From Podarcis gaigeae (Eukaryota), in the NCBI GenBank assembly GCA_964106915.2, contig OZ066919.1: a stretch of 64,000 nt of DNA. One strand, 5' to 3'. The position numbers and the translations under genes were made by a program. Position 1 is the first letter of the stretch. Every line of letters begins with the position of its first letter. The notes under the pieces were generated by a model. The model ran no database searches and was not told the origin of the DNA. It saw only the letters and a program-made list of their open reading frames with translations. Of this stretch, positions 1 to 13,449 are shown one piece after another.

Positions 1-41
1 GGGCTCGGGCCCCCTCAGGCCCCATGGAGTCGGCGCCTATG
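1..41. mobile_element. Right end of a non-autonomous hAT-like DNA transposon (same family as 61092-62870), truncated by the window edge
   Basis: 1-41 (gggctcgggccccctcaggccccatggagtcggcgcctatg) is nearly identical to 62830-62870, which ends an element flanked by an 8-bp TSD. Confidence 0.75.
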
Positions 42-377
42 ACTGTGGGTAAAACCTCAGTGCCTAGGACTTGCCGATCGCATGGTCGGCGGTTCGAATC
101 CCTGCGGTGGGGTGCACTCCCGTCGTTCGGTCGCAGCACCTGCCAACCTAGCAGTTCGAAAGCACCTCCGGGTGCAAGTAGATAAATAGGGACCGCTTAC
201 CTGCGGGAAGGTAAACGGAGTCCCGTGTGCTGCGCTGGCTCGCCAGATGCAGCTTGTCACGCTGGCCACGAGACCCGGAAGTGTCTGCGGACAGCGCTGG
301 CTCCCAGCCTATAGAGTGAGATGAGCGCACAACCCTAGAGTCTGGCAAGACTGGCCCGAACGGGCAGGGGTACCTTT
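42..377 (+). mobile_element. Sauria SINE (Squam1/POMSINE-type), 5' tip missing
   Basis: tRNA-like head with B-box ggttcgaatccc, core gccaacctagcagttcgaaagcac...gtgcaagtagataaatagg, tail tacctttat; homologous to copies at 28028, 50019 and 55178. Confidence 0.9.
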
Positions 378-426
378 ATTTTTATCTGTAAGCTGCCTTA
401 AGTCCCTGTCAGGGGAAAAGGTGGGG

Positions 427-430
<4 letters not shown>

Positions 431-460
<30 letters not shown>

Positions 461-464
461 TGTA
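431..464. repeat. (TATG)n microsatellite
   Basis: about 8 direct TATG units. Confidence 0.95.
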
Positions 465-1949
465 TAAATAAACAAACATCAACTTTTTTTATTTTAAAGC
501 TTAGTTGGGGAGCCTTTAGTTGTTGGACCACATCTTGTTGGACCAAACCACTGGCCATGCTGGCTGGGATTGAAGGGAATTGGAAGTCAAACAACATCGG
601 GAAGGGCTTCTACTCCCTCCAATTTAAACAATATACAAAGTGCTATCTGAAGAAAAGAAGAAACTAATTGGGTTCACACCACAAAGAAATACCCAACACT
701 CAGCATATTAAATTCCTACTGAAATAAATATATATTTGGTTTCTGATCACCAGGACAGCAGTGTTCCTGAAAGTGCAGAGGTCCTCCAATTTTATGCCAT
801 GTTCTTTTGATTCCTCTTGTTAACTGATAGACAACTCAGTGGAAACCTCTCTCTTCCAGTTCCTTCCTCAAGAAGGATTCCCAAGGCCCAATGAAATACT
901 TGATTTTTTCAGATAAGATGTCTGATGTAAGTTGTGCCTGAGCTGATAATGGAAGTGGAAGAGTTCTATATCAGCCTGGAGCTTTCTGCCCATTCCTCTA
1001 GTTTCATTATCACAAGGTGATAAGCCCCTTCAGACAGACCGCAGTAGGAAACCGTAGCATTCCATGTTGATGGAGTTGTCTTATCTCACACAACTAGAAT
1101 CAATTGCTCATTCTTATCGCTACAATGTGAGCCATCCTATCCCCCTTATCATTACAGATTTCTCTGCCTTGATTAACTGTAAGGAATGGTGTAGTTAATA
1201 TGTTAAAGTTTAGCAGAACTTTTAATTCATGGTGGTTAACCCACCTTAAAAATACAAAAGGTATATTGGAAGAAGAATGCATTAAAATGCACTTCTGAAC
1301 CTAGAATGAGCCCCTTAAAGTTAACTTCTGTCACTTGCCCCTCAAGCACATAAATTGACAAATAAACTGCAGTTGTTTTTCTGTCAGTTGAGGGATATTG
1401 ACAAGTTCTTACACCCATTAGCAAGCCTATATACCCCTTTATCCTCCATGTAGGTGGTTGAATACAGACTTACTCTGAATTCGTAGCACTGATGTATCTG
1501 TGAAAAGCATTATTTGAGGGAGGGAAAACCCTCAGCTGGACTTGAAACTCAAGCCGTCTTCTTCCCTGCTACTACGGTACAGTGTACATACTTGAAAGTT
1601 TGTTCCTTGGGAACTGTACAGAACAACACTTGCAACAAATGAGACCAATATCTCCGTAAGTCTGGTAAAGAAATAATGATGTCTAACAACTGTAGAGCAG
1701 TCGGTGTGGAAGCACCTTCACAATGTGCAGTTAAAGTCCAAATGTACCTCTTTAACCACCACCACCCCCTTCCCAACAAACACTGCCAAAGTCAGTGACA
1801 TCAGCATGTCACACGGTGTGCGCACAGCATGCACACTTCACAAAGCACCAACCCCACACAATTGAAGAGGCAGGCTGGTGCACTTGTTCCCGATTATGGT
1901 ACTTTTAGCCAGGCATGATCTAACCTGGGAGAAGAAAACAGTGTCTTAC

Positions 1950-4031
1950 TCTTCAATGCCTCTTCCATTTCACTCTTCCGGTTTGCAGCATGGTACCAGC
2001 TGACCAGCAACCCATCTTTCCGGTCTATTCTCCTCAGATTGAACAAATAATCCAACATATCTCCACCTGTACTGAAGGCTTGAGAATCTAAACAGGAAAT
2101 TGAACACAAATAAACATGGGTTACGCCCAGTGCTTTTTTCTCTAAAAAAATGTTTAGGGGTACTCTCATATCACCATTTTATAGTTTAAATTGGGGAAAA
2201 TAAATACAGTAAATGGACAAAAGTACAGAGATTCACAAAATATTTAGGGGTATGTGTACCACTGCGTCCCCCGAGAAAAAAAGCACTGGTTACTCCTAAT
2301 AAAAACTAAACCTACACACAAAACAAAAGCTTTATGCAAATAAGAAAATAACGCAACTTCCCGTGTTATTCTTCGTAGTTAGAACCAGTTAGTGCATATC
2401 TTTGGTGTTGAAGGAACATACCATATTTCATTCATTTCAAGAAGGGAAGGGTCAACATTTCCTTTCTAAATAAATATACATATGGCTGATAACAAGATGA
2501 CATTTAACAGAAGGGCCAGAATTGGTGCAACAAATGTACAGTATGCCATACCTAAATTTTACAACAATACGTAAGAACAGTTTTGTTGGCAGGTTTTAAC
2601 ATTTTATCCTCCATGAAACTAGACATCAGATTTGCCAAAGTTATTTTCAAGGATAGGAATTGTCCTTGCAACCAGTTAAAGCCTGAAATGGTCTCTCGTG
2701 TGTCCTTTAACTATAGATTTATCAAGGGGTTTGAGAAAGAATAATTTATCCTATTAACAGATGGATTTCTGGTCAAACCTTAGAGAACCTTTTGAGTTTC
2801 TTCCTTGAGGGGTGGTGTTGGTAATATATCTGAAGGTTGTAATACTGTATCTCTCAGACATGCTGTGATTTTTATTTTACTAACTTGTCACCTTTAGTAA
2901 TTCATAATCAGTTCTGCTGAGGTTGTGATTTTGAATTATTTTGTATTTTGTACTTTGCCTAATGGTTAGTTGACTGTAATAAACATTTGATTGATTGACT
3001 GGTTTAGCATCAGGTATCCAAATCCTGTGAGGAGGGGTCTTATGTTACAGTTCACATCTTGGCTTCCCCTTCATGGGCTTACGAGCTCTTGGCTTCGCTT
3101 TCTTCCTTGCTATGTAGAAGTGCTTTTGTTTTAACCCCCCCCCCAAAAAAGGGGTAAAGATCCTTAATCAAAATTCTATGCAAATTCCAAGTATTGAAGA
3201 AGAAAGACACTCAACCTATGGAGTGTTATAACTTAACACTCTGCTTGATACAGAGTCAGACCATTGATCCATCTAGCTCTGTGTTGTCTACACTGACTGG
3301 CAGGGCTTCAGACAAGAAACATCTGGAGATACACAGGGACTGAAACTGGGGCATGGATGCTGTGCCACTGAGCTTTCCACTATAGCCCAGGGAAAATATC
3401 AGGCAAGGTTGTGAGGGTTTCACAGGGGTTGGGTTGAGGCTGTGCACATCTTAGGGAAAACAAAACTGAGTTTGCTCACCTTCCCACTACCCAGCCACCT
3501 CTTGTGTATACCGATTTCATGGAATCCGCCCCAGAAATATCCTGTGAGGCTAAAAGACCTGAAGTAATACATTTCATTGAACCAACTGGCCTCAAAATAA
3601 GTAAGCATTCACATTTTACCATAGAACCTTCCGCCTGAGGAAGAGTTCAGCAAAACAGGGAGCTTGCATACTTGTGCATCAACCTAAGCCAAAAGCAGTT
3701 GCAATCTAGTTGGACTAGATGGCCCTTCGATTCCCTTCCAACTCTACAATTCTATTCTTATAGCTGTAACAGAGAGCTTCTCATGTCAACGTATAGATAA
3801 GAAATGCAATATGAATTCTAACCCAGCAATCACAGCACTTATGTGAAATTCACTGGCCCCCGCCTCCAGCAAACCCTGGTCTTCTTGCTTAGTACCTTGC
3901 GGGGATTTCCTGTTGACTGTCAGGGTTATGGTGAGAGCTATGCAAACGGAAATCACTGCCATGGCAGTGATCACAGCAATGACAACTCCTTTTCTTCCAG
4001 TGGAAGGACACTTCATGCTGGAAGCTGTCAT
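1950..4031 (-). CDS. FAM151A: FAM151A (menorin family), first two coding exons; gene continues beyond the left edge
   Basis: Exon 4031-3896 encodes MTASSMKCPSTGRKGVVIAVITAMAVISVCIALTITLTVNRKSPQ (N-terminal TM anchor) and ends at donor G|GTACTA. Exon 2087-1950 encodes DSQAFSTGGDMLDYLFNLRRIDRKDGLLVSWYHAANRKSEMEEALK, with AG acceptor and A|GTAAGA donor, phases 1/1. It matches the recalled FAM151A motif DMLDY...WYHAAN, and synteny with TTC4/PARS2 agrees. Confidence 0.92.
2128..2288. mobile_element. hAT-type MITE in FAM151A intron
   Basis: TIRs cagtgcttttttc / gaaaaaaagcactg; 8-bp TSD gttacgcc (2120-2127) and gttactcc (2289-2296). Confidence 0.85.
3707..3760 (+). mobile_element. CR1 LINE 3' end fragment
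   Basis: ttggactagatggcc...cccttccaactctacaattctattc resembles the canonical CR1 3' terminus. Confidence 0.65.
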
Positions 4032-4729
4032 GTTCTTTAAGTGTGCCAGCTCCTTGGCAGCTTCACCTATACAATTGCAGTTTCCTTCCAAATACAGGAT
4101 GAGAGAGTAAATGAAGGTGAAGAGGCAATCCAGAATGTTTAAACTCCAGCCAAAAGCCTTGGCCCCCCGAAAACAGGACGAAGGGATCTTAATTCAGTGG
4201 TATTCTTTTTCTCCTTTTAAAAATCCAGAACAGTTCTGAAGAAGTTTCCTTCCAATAATCCACTGTTGCCTTGAAGGGATTCTCTTAATAACTTGTGATT
4301 TTTCTCACTTTAATAATTATTGCCTTGGACAAGTCACTTGCGATACCATGCTACTGTCTTAGAGGAGATTCCTTCTAATGATGTTTTGCTGTCTTGCAGG
4401 TGTTTCTTTTTAAGAAGCTGGTACTTTCTTGAAGAATTGCTTTTCTAACACACCTTCCTGGCCTTCCTTTCTTCTGATAATCTGGCACTGCCTTAAAAAA
4501 TAATTATTCTTTTTTGTTAAAAAAATAGTTCTGTGTTCCTTGCAGGATTTATCTCCTGGCAATCAAAGATCACCATTGTGGAGTAACAGGCTAAGTTTCT
4601 GCAATAGCTATAGGTTTTCTACCAAGAGGGGGGAAAGGCACTGGTGATGATCTCTCTAGCTTAGAAATAATTTTACTGAAGTTCTCTGAGGTTGTGCTCC
4701 TATGAAAAATCCATCAGGGCAATATTTTG

Positions 4730-4742
4730 AGGCCAAAGTCCA
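4730..4742 (+). promoter_or_regulatory. Candidate HNF4 (DR1) site upstream of FAM151A
   Basis: AGGCCAAAGTCCA contains the HNF4A-specific CAAAGTCCA, about 700 bp upstream of the FAM151A ATG. Confidence 0.4.
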
Positions 4743-7700
4743 TCTACTTGATATGTGCTGGGGGTGGAGGGAACCTTCCCTCCAAGAATTTGTTATATTA
4801 ATGCCATGTGTGTGAAGGCAACTGTTCTGAGATTACGTAAAGATGGGCCCTCCCTCTTCAGATCTGCACATACAAATGCTGGATCACATTAGACCCCCAC
4901 CACCAGGAAGGAAGAAAGAAAGACTATGCCTGCTAGTTTTAAATTAACAGGTTTGAAATAATACTGACATTATCACTTCTAAGCTTTCCTGACCTTACTA
5001 GATTAAGAGAATATATTCCTCTGAAAAGCTTCTTTTAAAATTACAGCATTAGCCACACACACACGCGCACACACACACACACGTAAATGCAAGAGGTTCA
5101 GGATCTCATAACAATTGAACTCATCCCACTGTAGATACAGGAGACCTGAGACATACCTCTGCAAATCCCACTAAAGCCCTTAAGTACTGTGCTTGCTTTA
5201 CATATCCCAAGACAGGGTTGGGTATACACTGTGTATGCTGGGCCAAATCCTCATGGTGCTCTCTTGCTTTGCCTAGTGAAAACCATGACAACCAGGTTCA
5301 AGCCGATTCAAATGGCAGGCATGTGCGACGGCTACAACGGAGGTGTTTCTGCTGCACAAGTTTGTGTTTCCTTTCTCTAAATCCCAGTGGGCTGCTGCTG
5401 TCACTCTCCTTCTTTCCAATAAGAAGCAGAGGCGACTGAACCCCAGCTTGGCGGCTTCTCGCTAGCAGAAAAGGAAACTGTCCAGTAGTTTAGTTTGGGG
5501 CACAACAGTTTTTGTTAAGGTTAAACTCTTGAATGAACGTCTTCGAGACAGTTCACATGATCAAACAATCTGTTCTATATGTGGCAGGCAGGAAAGGTCA
5601 GTGTGCAATGCCAAGTGGCCAAGCGATTATTCCATTGTCCTGCCAGACTGAGACTGCCTGTAGTGTGCAGTTTCCAAGCCCATGGCTCATCCTTGGATTA
5701 AAAACAAAGGGAAACCACAAAACTGGTGTTGTGCTGTGTTTTTCGTATATAACATGTCGTTGATGCTGTTAACAGTGCATTAGAGGTGGATTCATACTGG
5801 ACCGTCCAAATTTCATTCTGCTTCATTCTGCAATGCTTCCTCAGCGTTACTGACTTGTTACCTAATTATAGCCATCTGAAGGGGGGCACACTTGAGCTAC
5901 AGCACAACGAAGGTGGAACATACACACACACAGCATGGGATGAAACTTTACATGACTTCAGCAAGAAGCTATGCACTGATTGGAAACCTAGCTGTTTGTT
6001 TACTCCCAAAACTTTTGCAAGCATGAATGGTATCGGAATGATGCAACAGTCCCGATACCACCATAAGCACAAATTCTACTGAACGCACAATAAAAAGGAC
6101 ACTTGGAGAGGCCCAAGGCTTCCATGTGGCTGAGGAATCTCCTTGTCCAGTGGGGAGGTGCAATGCCAGCCTCACGTCTCAGGGACACTGTGCAGTTAAA
6201 CCATGAATCAACAGCCTGCGTGGCTTATTTGGCAATTTTTATGCAGTTTCTTTACTCCCTGTTGAAGTTTGCATAGAATCAGCATCTTAATATTCAAGCA
6301 GCACCTTATTGCTAGGGATAAAAGTAGTGTCCATCACAGATCCGGTAATTCTACCCTGTTTACAGCATGATCTGATCATTTTTATTTGCAACTTATATTG
6401 TTAGAATGTAATCAATATAGTTATCATGCTATCAATAAATTTATGAACATGCACTTGCTATGGGAGCATGACATTCTTAAGACTACTACATCCTTTCCAA
6501 AGCTGTCACCCAAACGCAGCAGACATTGGTCCATTAGGCCATATGGGGCACTGCTCCAGCCAACCTCAGTCTGCCATCAGCCAGGCCCCACCTGCCCGCC
6601 TTCTTACTTGCAACCAGCCAGAAGGCAACTCTGTTGTCATTGGCTCTATTCCATCTAATGTTGGTCTTCCTGCCTTCTGCCCCACCAGCCCCAATGAGCA
6701 CAAGCTACCACTGTCCAAACATTGTTCCATTTCTATACCACAATCAAAACACAAGTGTAGTATGCATGCAGACCAGCAGAATGAAAATAAAGTCGGATCC
6801 AGGATTTATGGGCTGGACAGGTGGCTCCTGAGAAGCCTCGTTTTAATTCATTTCTAAGCTTTTATGCGTCAGATTCACTTTTCTCAAAGCTTCCCTTCTA
6901 CTGCCACCTTCTGGCTGACTTGCTGGGACAATTTAATTAGACCTTGTTCCATTTTACAATATTCTTTACAGGATTCTAGTGGTGTACTGGGGAAAAATGA
7001 AGTACAGGAGATCATCAGGACAGTCCCCATAGCAATATTCTAAAGGAGAGTCCAAAATGTTGGTGCAAAAGGGGGGGGGGGGGAATTAAAGGATGCTAAG
7101 ATCCAAGTTTGGAGCAAGTACTCTTTGGTGAGAGAACCCCAGCAGAGATTTAAAATCACAAAATATGCAGCAAGTAAAGCATGGAGATATAGGCTGTTAG
7201 ACCTTTAAAATATACCCTTGTAAGTTCTAAAACTTCCCACTTCCCTCAGCATAGGAAAAAACCACCTTTGGGAAATAAAAAATTGGTTTACTTACAAATT
7301 CTTCAAAGGTTAGGTTCATGTACATTTTCATACATCAGTCAGAAAAGTTGTACAGGCAGCAAAAACTGGCTTAGTCAAAATGGAGAAAGTTCCTAAATTA
7401 TTGCTACAAGAACTCAAGAATGGCTTGTGAGAGCAATGTGACTAAGCTGGAGCAATCATCTTAGCCTCCTCACAAGCTGAGCTTCTTAAGTAGACTGGAA
7501 GGGGAATCAAGGCTTGATTACTAGTCCCTCCCAAGGTGAGCTAAGCCTGGCAGGACAGCTTACTCTATGGTATTAAGCCCTTCATGCATTAATTTGACTT
7601 AAGAATGCTGGTTATATGAGGTTGGTTATCCCACAAAAAATGCAAGCAACTGTGTTAATCCATTATCTATAGACATACACACACACAAACACCACACAAT

Positions 7701-9380
7701 GTTCTATTGATTAGGCTCATAATCCTTTGCATAGTTTACCTGGGAGTAACCCTATTGAACTCAGATGCTTACTTCTTATCAGGTCAATTTGTAAAATATA
7801 GTGAGCTTTAACCAAAGATCTTTTATTAGAAATGCAAACCATCTTGTAAAGATATGTTTCCATTTAAACTGATACCATGAAGTAGGAACCCCCATCAAAG
7901 GAAAGAAGAAGCCAGTTTCTGCTTAGCTATTTCCTCCTATTCGCTGAATTCCTTTATGGGAATATATCCAGAATAACAAACACAGGTTGCTATTATGAAA
8001 TCCTTCAGTAGGCTTTTAAGAATCAGTTGCTCATTACCCTTTTTGACACAGGTGAAGATAGTAAATTCAGTAAATGGTAGCTCATATTCTAATACAATTG
8101 TCTCCTGCACTTCTTGAATTTCTCTTCAAAAAACAACTGTGTTCCATTGCTGCTGCTTTGGTGTGTTCTAAAATAGTAAATGAAATACTGGTGCTTCCCC
8201 CACTGCTTTTTGGTTGCCTTTATCTAACTGCCACGGGGTGGAAAGAAGAGGGAGGGGAGTTTCCAATGGGTATAATGGGGCTTACTCACAGGTAAACAGG
8301 TAAAGGATGGCAGCCACAGGGTTCATGTACCTTTAACAGCTGTATGGCAGACAGAATTTCAACAGTTTAAGCATTTTCTAGTCCGGAAACACATACATGG
8401 CTTCACCATGATTGCGCTCTCCCTAACTTTGTGTTGTGGCATGTCCCCCATGGCAGATATGTTGTGAGAATTAGAGAATAGAGGGACTGCCATCCATCAG
8501 ACTAAAAGTGACAGGTGCCGTTGCCCTCTTTCCAGTGTAAGTTCTATCCCCTTTTTGGATCACTTCAGGATTCCACATTAAAATGCTATTTTGGGGTAGT
8601 GCCCTTAAATGTTGTTTCGAGTGCTTTGTGATCCTGCTGTACATTCATCTCAGTGACTTGGACCATACCGAATGAGTGTTGAGTCTCCTCAACCTCATGA
8701 CTCTGGAAGCAATGACACAAAAGGCTGTTTTGGTGTATCATGATTGGCACGGTGCCCCTGATCTGAAGAAACAGGCTTAAAGTCCCCCTGGTCCAGTCCT
8801 TCTATTTTCTGTTGTGCTATGCCATGCTCCCATGGCAGCCATTTTGTGTTATGCCAACACCTCCATGGCAGCCATTTTGTGACTGGCACCCACAGCCTGC
8901 CTCAAAATTCAAAATATGCCCCTGGTCCAGAAAGGTTGATGACACCTGCCATACTCCAACTATTTTCTCTGCCCACCCCCTCTTATTTTCCCTCATAGTG
9001 TATTATGTTTGGGGGAGGGAAAATAAGCAGCAAGTGTGACAGGGAAGGAAGAAATGGGCCTTTTAGCTTTTTGAAAAACAAGAAAATGCCTAAATACAGT
9101 TGATTTAAAATAATAATAACCACCTGTTATTCTGGTTTCTGTCTGTTACTTGTGCAGTGCTTCCAGTATGTTGCACCTTCCTGTCTTTAGGAGAATTCCA
9201 GGCATGCTTCTGCTTTGTAGAAGCCATTTAGCAGCCATTAACTTCTCTGGGGGAAAGTGCAGGCAGAGGAAGCACAGCTGACAGCTCCTTTGTCTGCAGA
9301 CCAGATTTGCTGGTAATTTTTGACAATGCAACTCTCTCTCTCATTAGAGTGCTAACATGACAGTCGCTCATGGAGAAAGT

Positions 9381-11555
9381 ATTTTTTTAAAAAAATAAAT
9401 AAATAATATTTATTACTTTTAAAGATTACAAGAAGGGAAAAGAAAAGAAAAGAAGACAGGAGGAAAAAAACAAAAGAGAAAGAAAACAATACAATACAAT
9501 ATATAGACAATACAAAACACAACCTAAACACATTAAACTAAACTAAACAAAACCCTATCCCTAACCCTAACCCTAAATAAAACAAAACAAAAACAATTTA
9601 AAAACATACATTACATCATTTCCATACTCTATCTTTCATTCCCTTGTTTCCTCGACCTCCTCTCACCTCCCTTTTTGTATTCCACTTCTATTAATTGTTT
9701 CAGCAAACCCTTTCCATCTTTCTCTATTTTCTATCATATTATAAATATCTTAACATATTTTTAACCTTATTTTCCATTAAAACTAAAATAGTTATATATG
9801 CTTAACCCCTTATAACACTTCTGCTAAGGCCATAAAATTTCATTCCACCATTTTTCTATCACTCATTAATTTTACAGTATTTCTATATATAAACTTTAAA
9901 TTTTCCAATCTTCTTTCACCATCTCCTCTCCCTGGTTTCGGATTCTGCCAGTCCTTTCCGTCAATTCGATATAGTCCATCAACCTGGAGATCTTATGTCT
10001 GAGGCTCTTAACTCTTTTCCAGGTCCCTTCTGCAGGTCTTCTTCATATTCTTTAATGCTAAAGAGCAGATCTCGGGAAGACTCCAACCTAACAATACTTT
10101 TATTCCTTCTGGACAGGTCAGCCAAATTTCCATAGTTGTAGCTAAGATCCATAAAGTGTTTCAGGACATGTTTCAAGATTCCTCCAAATCCAAAAGCCCC
10201 CAGAACTTCAATCTTCTCCAGACCCAAGTCCATGTCCCAGAAGTCAGTTAATTCCTGCATAGAGGGATCTTTCCAACTTTCCTTCTTCAGTCCAAGCCGG
10301 GATCCAATCCTCGAAATCTGACTTTTTCTAGATTCAATAATAAAAGGCTTCAACTTGTAGTCCTCAATTTGCTTCTGTAAGACTGAGGATCCCACTTGTA
10401 TTACTTTAGGTTCAACAACAACAGCTTTCTCCTTCTCCTCCACAATTTGTACTGCCAAAGTAGATTCCTGTACCAAGTTCTGAATTATTTGTGTTGGTGC
10501 TCACTTTTTGTCTCAAATTAATCACTTTTTGTTCCTAGTTGTCAATTTGAAAGTCATGTCATCCGTCTTCTTATGAAGCTGTTCCAGCGAATAGCTTATC
10601 TTACATAATACAGTTACTATGGCTTCTCCTGTCAACATTTTTAAATGATCCAAGGTCAATCTCTGGTTCTCACAATTTCTTATCTTGCAGCTGGAGATTC
10701 CCCAGTTACACTCCTGTAACAGTTTCAAAAGCTCTCCACTTGTATCAATCCCTGAAACAGTCTCCACTTGTATCAATCCTTTCAAACACAACTCAAGCCA
10801 TAAAGGTAGTTTCAATTTTCAGTTACTTTTCCTCCTTTTCAAACGCAGAAGGGGACAATGGAAACAGTATCTTTCTCTTATTTAGCTAGCTGTCAAATAC
10901 GTTCTGTTCGCAGTCAATGAACTCTCCCAAAACGTCACTCCCCCTGGCAGCCCGTCTCCAGGTTCAGAGCAGTGGCAATTTGATTTTTCACTCTCTCCTG
11001 CAGGCTCGCTAGGTCCAAAATTTCCCCCCTCTTCTCCTGCTTCCAAGGGGTTTTTTGTAATTTTAACCGATGGAGATTTAATCCTTTGCCAAAGGCTTTC
11101 AAAGACTTTAGCTTGTAACGTCTTTGCTTCAATCTATTTACAAAAGAGGAAGGCGGACTTCCTGTTTAAGACCTTCCCGTTTCGGTGCCAAATTAAGGTA
11201 TTTAAAGATCCAATTTTCCGTTCTACTCACGGGTAGTTGTTTAAAGTCCAATTGTCCACAGGAAAAAGTCAGCGCTCTCCGGCAACAGCAATGCGGCTTC
11301 ACTCCGTGAAAGAAGCAGTCAATTTGAAGCACCGCACCACTCACCCCACGTCGCTCCAGATCCCCAAAACAGGGTTTCCCCACGAGTAGAGGAGGCGCAA
11401 AAGGTGCCAGCCGAATCCCAGGTTCACAAGCTTCTCCCGCTTGTGATTTCAGTGGGTCTCCGCCTTCGCCGTGGCGGTCAGACCCTGCTTTCCACGGAGC
11501 AAGTTCCTCCCGATCGGAGGAGCTCCGCCATTGCCGGAGGCGCCAACCTGGAAGC
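9381..11555 (-). mobile_element. Internally deleted L1-like non-LTR retroelement with both ends present
   Basis: 16-bp TSD cgctcatggagaaagt at 9365-9380 and 11556-11571. The low end has an A-rich tail and AATAAA on the minus strand. An L1 ORF2 C-terminal-like remnant LMDYIELTERTGRIRNQGEEMVKEDWK lies near 9900-9985. Interrupted K/E/L-rich ORFs at 9979-11132; CpG-rich 5' region at 11140-11555. Confidence 0.8.
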
Positions 11556-11795
11556 CGCTCATGGAGAAAGTCAAGGCTTTTTTGCTGCAAAAAACAAAAC
11601 AAAAAACAGGACATAGACACAAAGAAACAATTTCTAGCCTTTCCAAACACTTGCCTTCTTATATGTGAAAAAGCATTTCTAAAATTGTTTCTAAAAACAA
11701 ACTGTTCAATACTATAGACCCTGTATTACTGATGGACAAGGAAAGGGGAGGTTGTGAGATATTATGTACATGCTATGGGAGCTGGGAGGCAAATA

Positions 11796-12021
11796 CAGTG
11801 GTACCTCGGGTTACATACGCTTCAGGTTATAGACTCCACTAACCCAGAAATATCACCTCGGGTTAAGAACTTTGCTTCAGGATGAGAACAGAAATTTTGC
11901 TCCGGCGGCGCGGCAGCAGCAGGAGGTCCCATTAGCTAAAGTGGTGCTTCAGGTTAAGAACAGCTTCAGGTTAAGAACGGACCTCCAGAACAAATTAAGT
12001 ACTTAACCCGAGGTACCACTG
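11796..12021. mobile_element. Tc1/mariner (Tigger/pogo-like) MITE
   Basis: TIRs cagtggtacctcgggtta / taacccgaggtaccactg flanked by TA on both sides. Confidence 0.9.
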
Positions 12022-13449
12022 TATTGAAAATGTGGCTTACTATAACCCTGGAATGTCTACCATATATCCCCATATTGCAAGTGGATAGAAAAAGCTGCAG
12101 CCAAGTAACTGATGATGATGTAATGCTATCTGCCATTTATATGCCCACATAGCAGAATGGAGTGGGAATTATAACCGATGTGTATCATGAACTCTGCATT
12201 TCAGATGGATGCTAAGGTTGACAGACAATGGCTCATAATAGCTCTCTAATAAACAATCCTAAGAACTGCCCCCTATTCAGCCTCTTATTGGTGAATTAAA
12301 ACATCTGACATGCCCCTTTCATTGCCGTACTACAGAGTACACAGGTATTGCCAAGATACAGGCAGTTATGTAGGATACAAAGATATTTCAAATAAGCTCA
12401 TTTCGTCACACAGTGATGCTGGAAACAGACACCACAGCAAAATATATCCTTCAAAAAGCAAAACATATTGTATGGGGAAATTTAGCTAAATTTTCTGCCT
12501 CCTTTGCTTCCCAACCTAAAGCTCAACTGAACACAGACATGCTGGGCTCAGTTCACAAACATCAGACTGCACCAACCTGTTGACCTCCAGATATTTTGGA
12601 CTACAACTCCCATCAACTGCAGCCAGCATGTTGTATGAAGCATCACACACGCTGTGCTCTTAGCAGTCTTACCGTATAAATGGAGAGCCTAAAACAGGAA
12701 ACCAGGGAATATGTGTTACCCTAGACTTTTCCTATCCTCATGGGTTGTACTTGGGGAACATGGGGATAAGATGTGAGGCTGGTGATGCACCCCCAGAACA
12801 TTGTCCTCAAATGCAGGGCGTCTCCCCCATGGCAGAGAATCATTGTGGTTCTTTTTAATTCAGACACCCCCGTTGCATCATTTTGCTAGCTCTGCAACAA
12901 CATACAGAGGGAATAGTGTTTCTCTACCTGCACAGTTTTTGGATATATAGAATTGCACTTGACCATCCTTTACACCTGAACTTTCTGCACCACGTTACTC
13001 ACTGGAGAGTTATGACGCCTCTAGTTACTTGCTTTTGCAGAAACAAACATGACTCTCTGCTAACTCCAGCTACCCAATGCAGGGGTACTTTCCTCCCATC
13101 TGCAAAGCTCTGCCAGCTTGTTCTGGCTCTAGGGAAAGCGGCTCAGGGCTGAGGTGCCATAAGTGAAATCAAGTATGACCCCCCATGGTTGATGGTTGAG
13201 ATGCGTGATAGCTTTTACTAGACCAAGGTACTAAAGTTGGACATAAGGCAGCTGAGCTGCACAGGACTCTTCTTCAAAAAGGCAGGCGTTCTGTGCTACT
13301 GGGAAGCTGGCGCTTTGAATATGGCGCAACTCCCTTGTTTTTGTCTGGGGTCATCTGTCCTCGGGTTTTATGGTGTCCAGAGCTTCCATCTCAGCAAAGG
13401 AGCAGCTGTAAAAGCCTCGGTGATGATGGGGGCTCAGGAAAAATAAACT

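Noticed and set aside
42-115. tRNA-like A/B-box sequences here and at other SINE heads
   Set aside because: They are SINE heads continuing into SINE bodies, not tRNA genes
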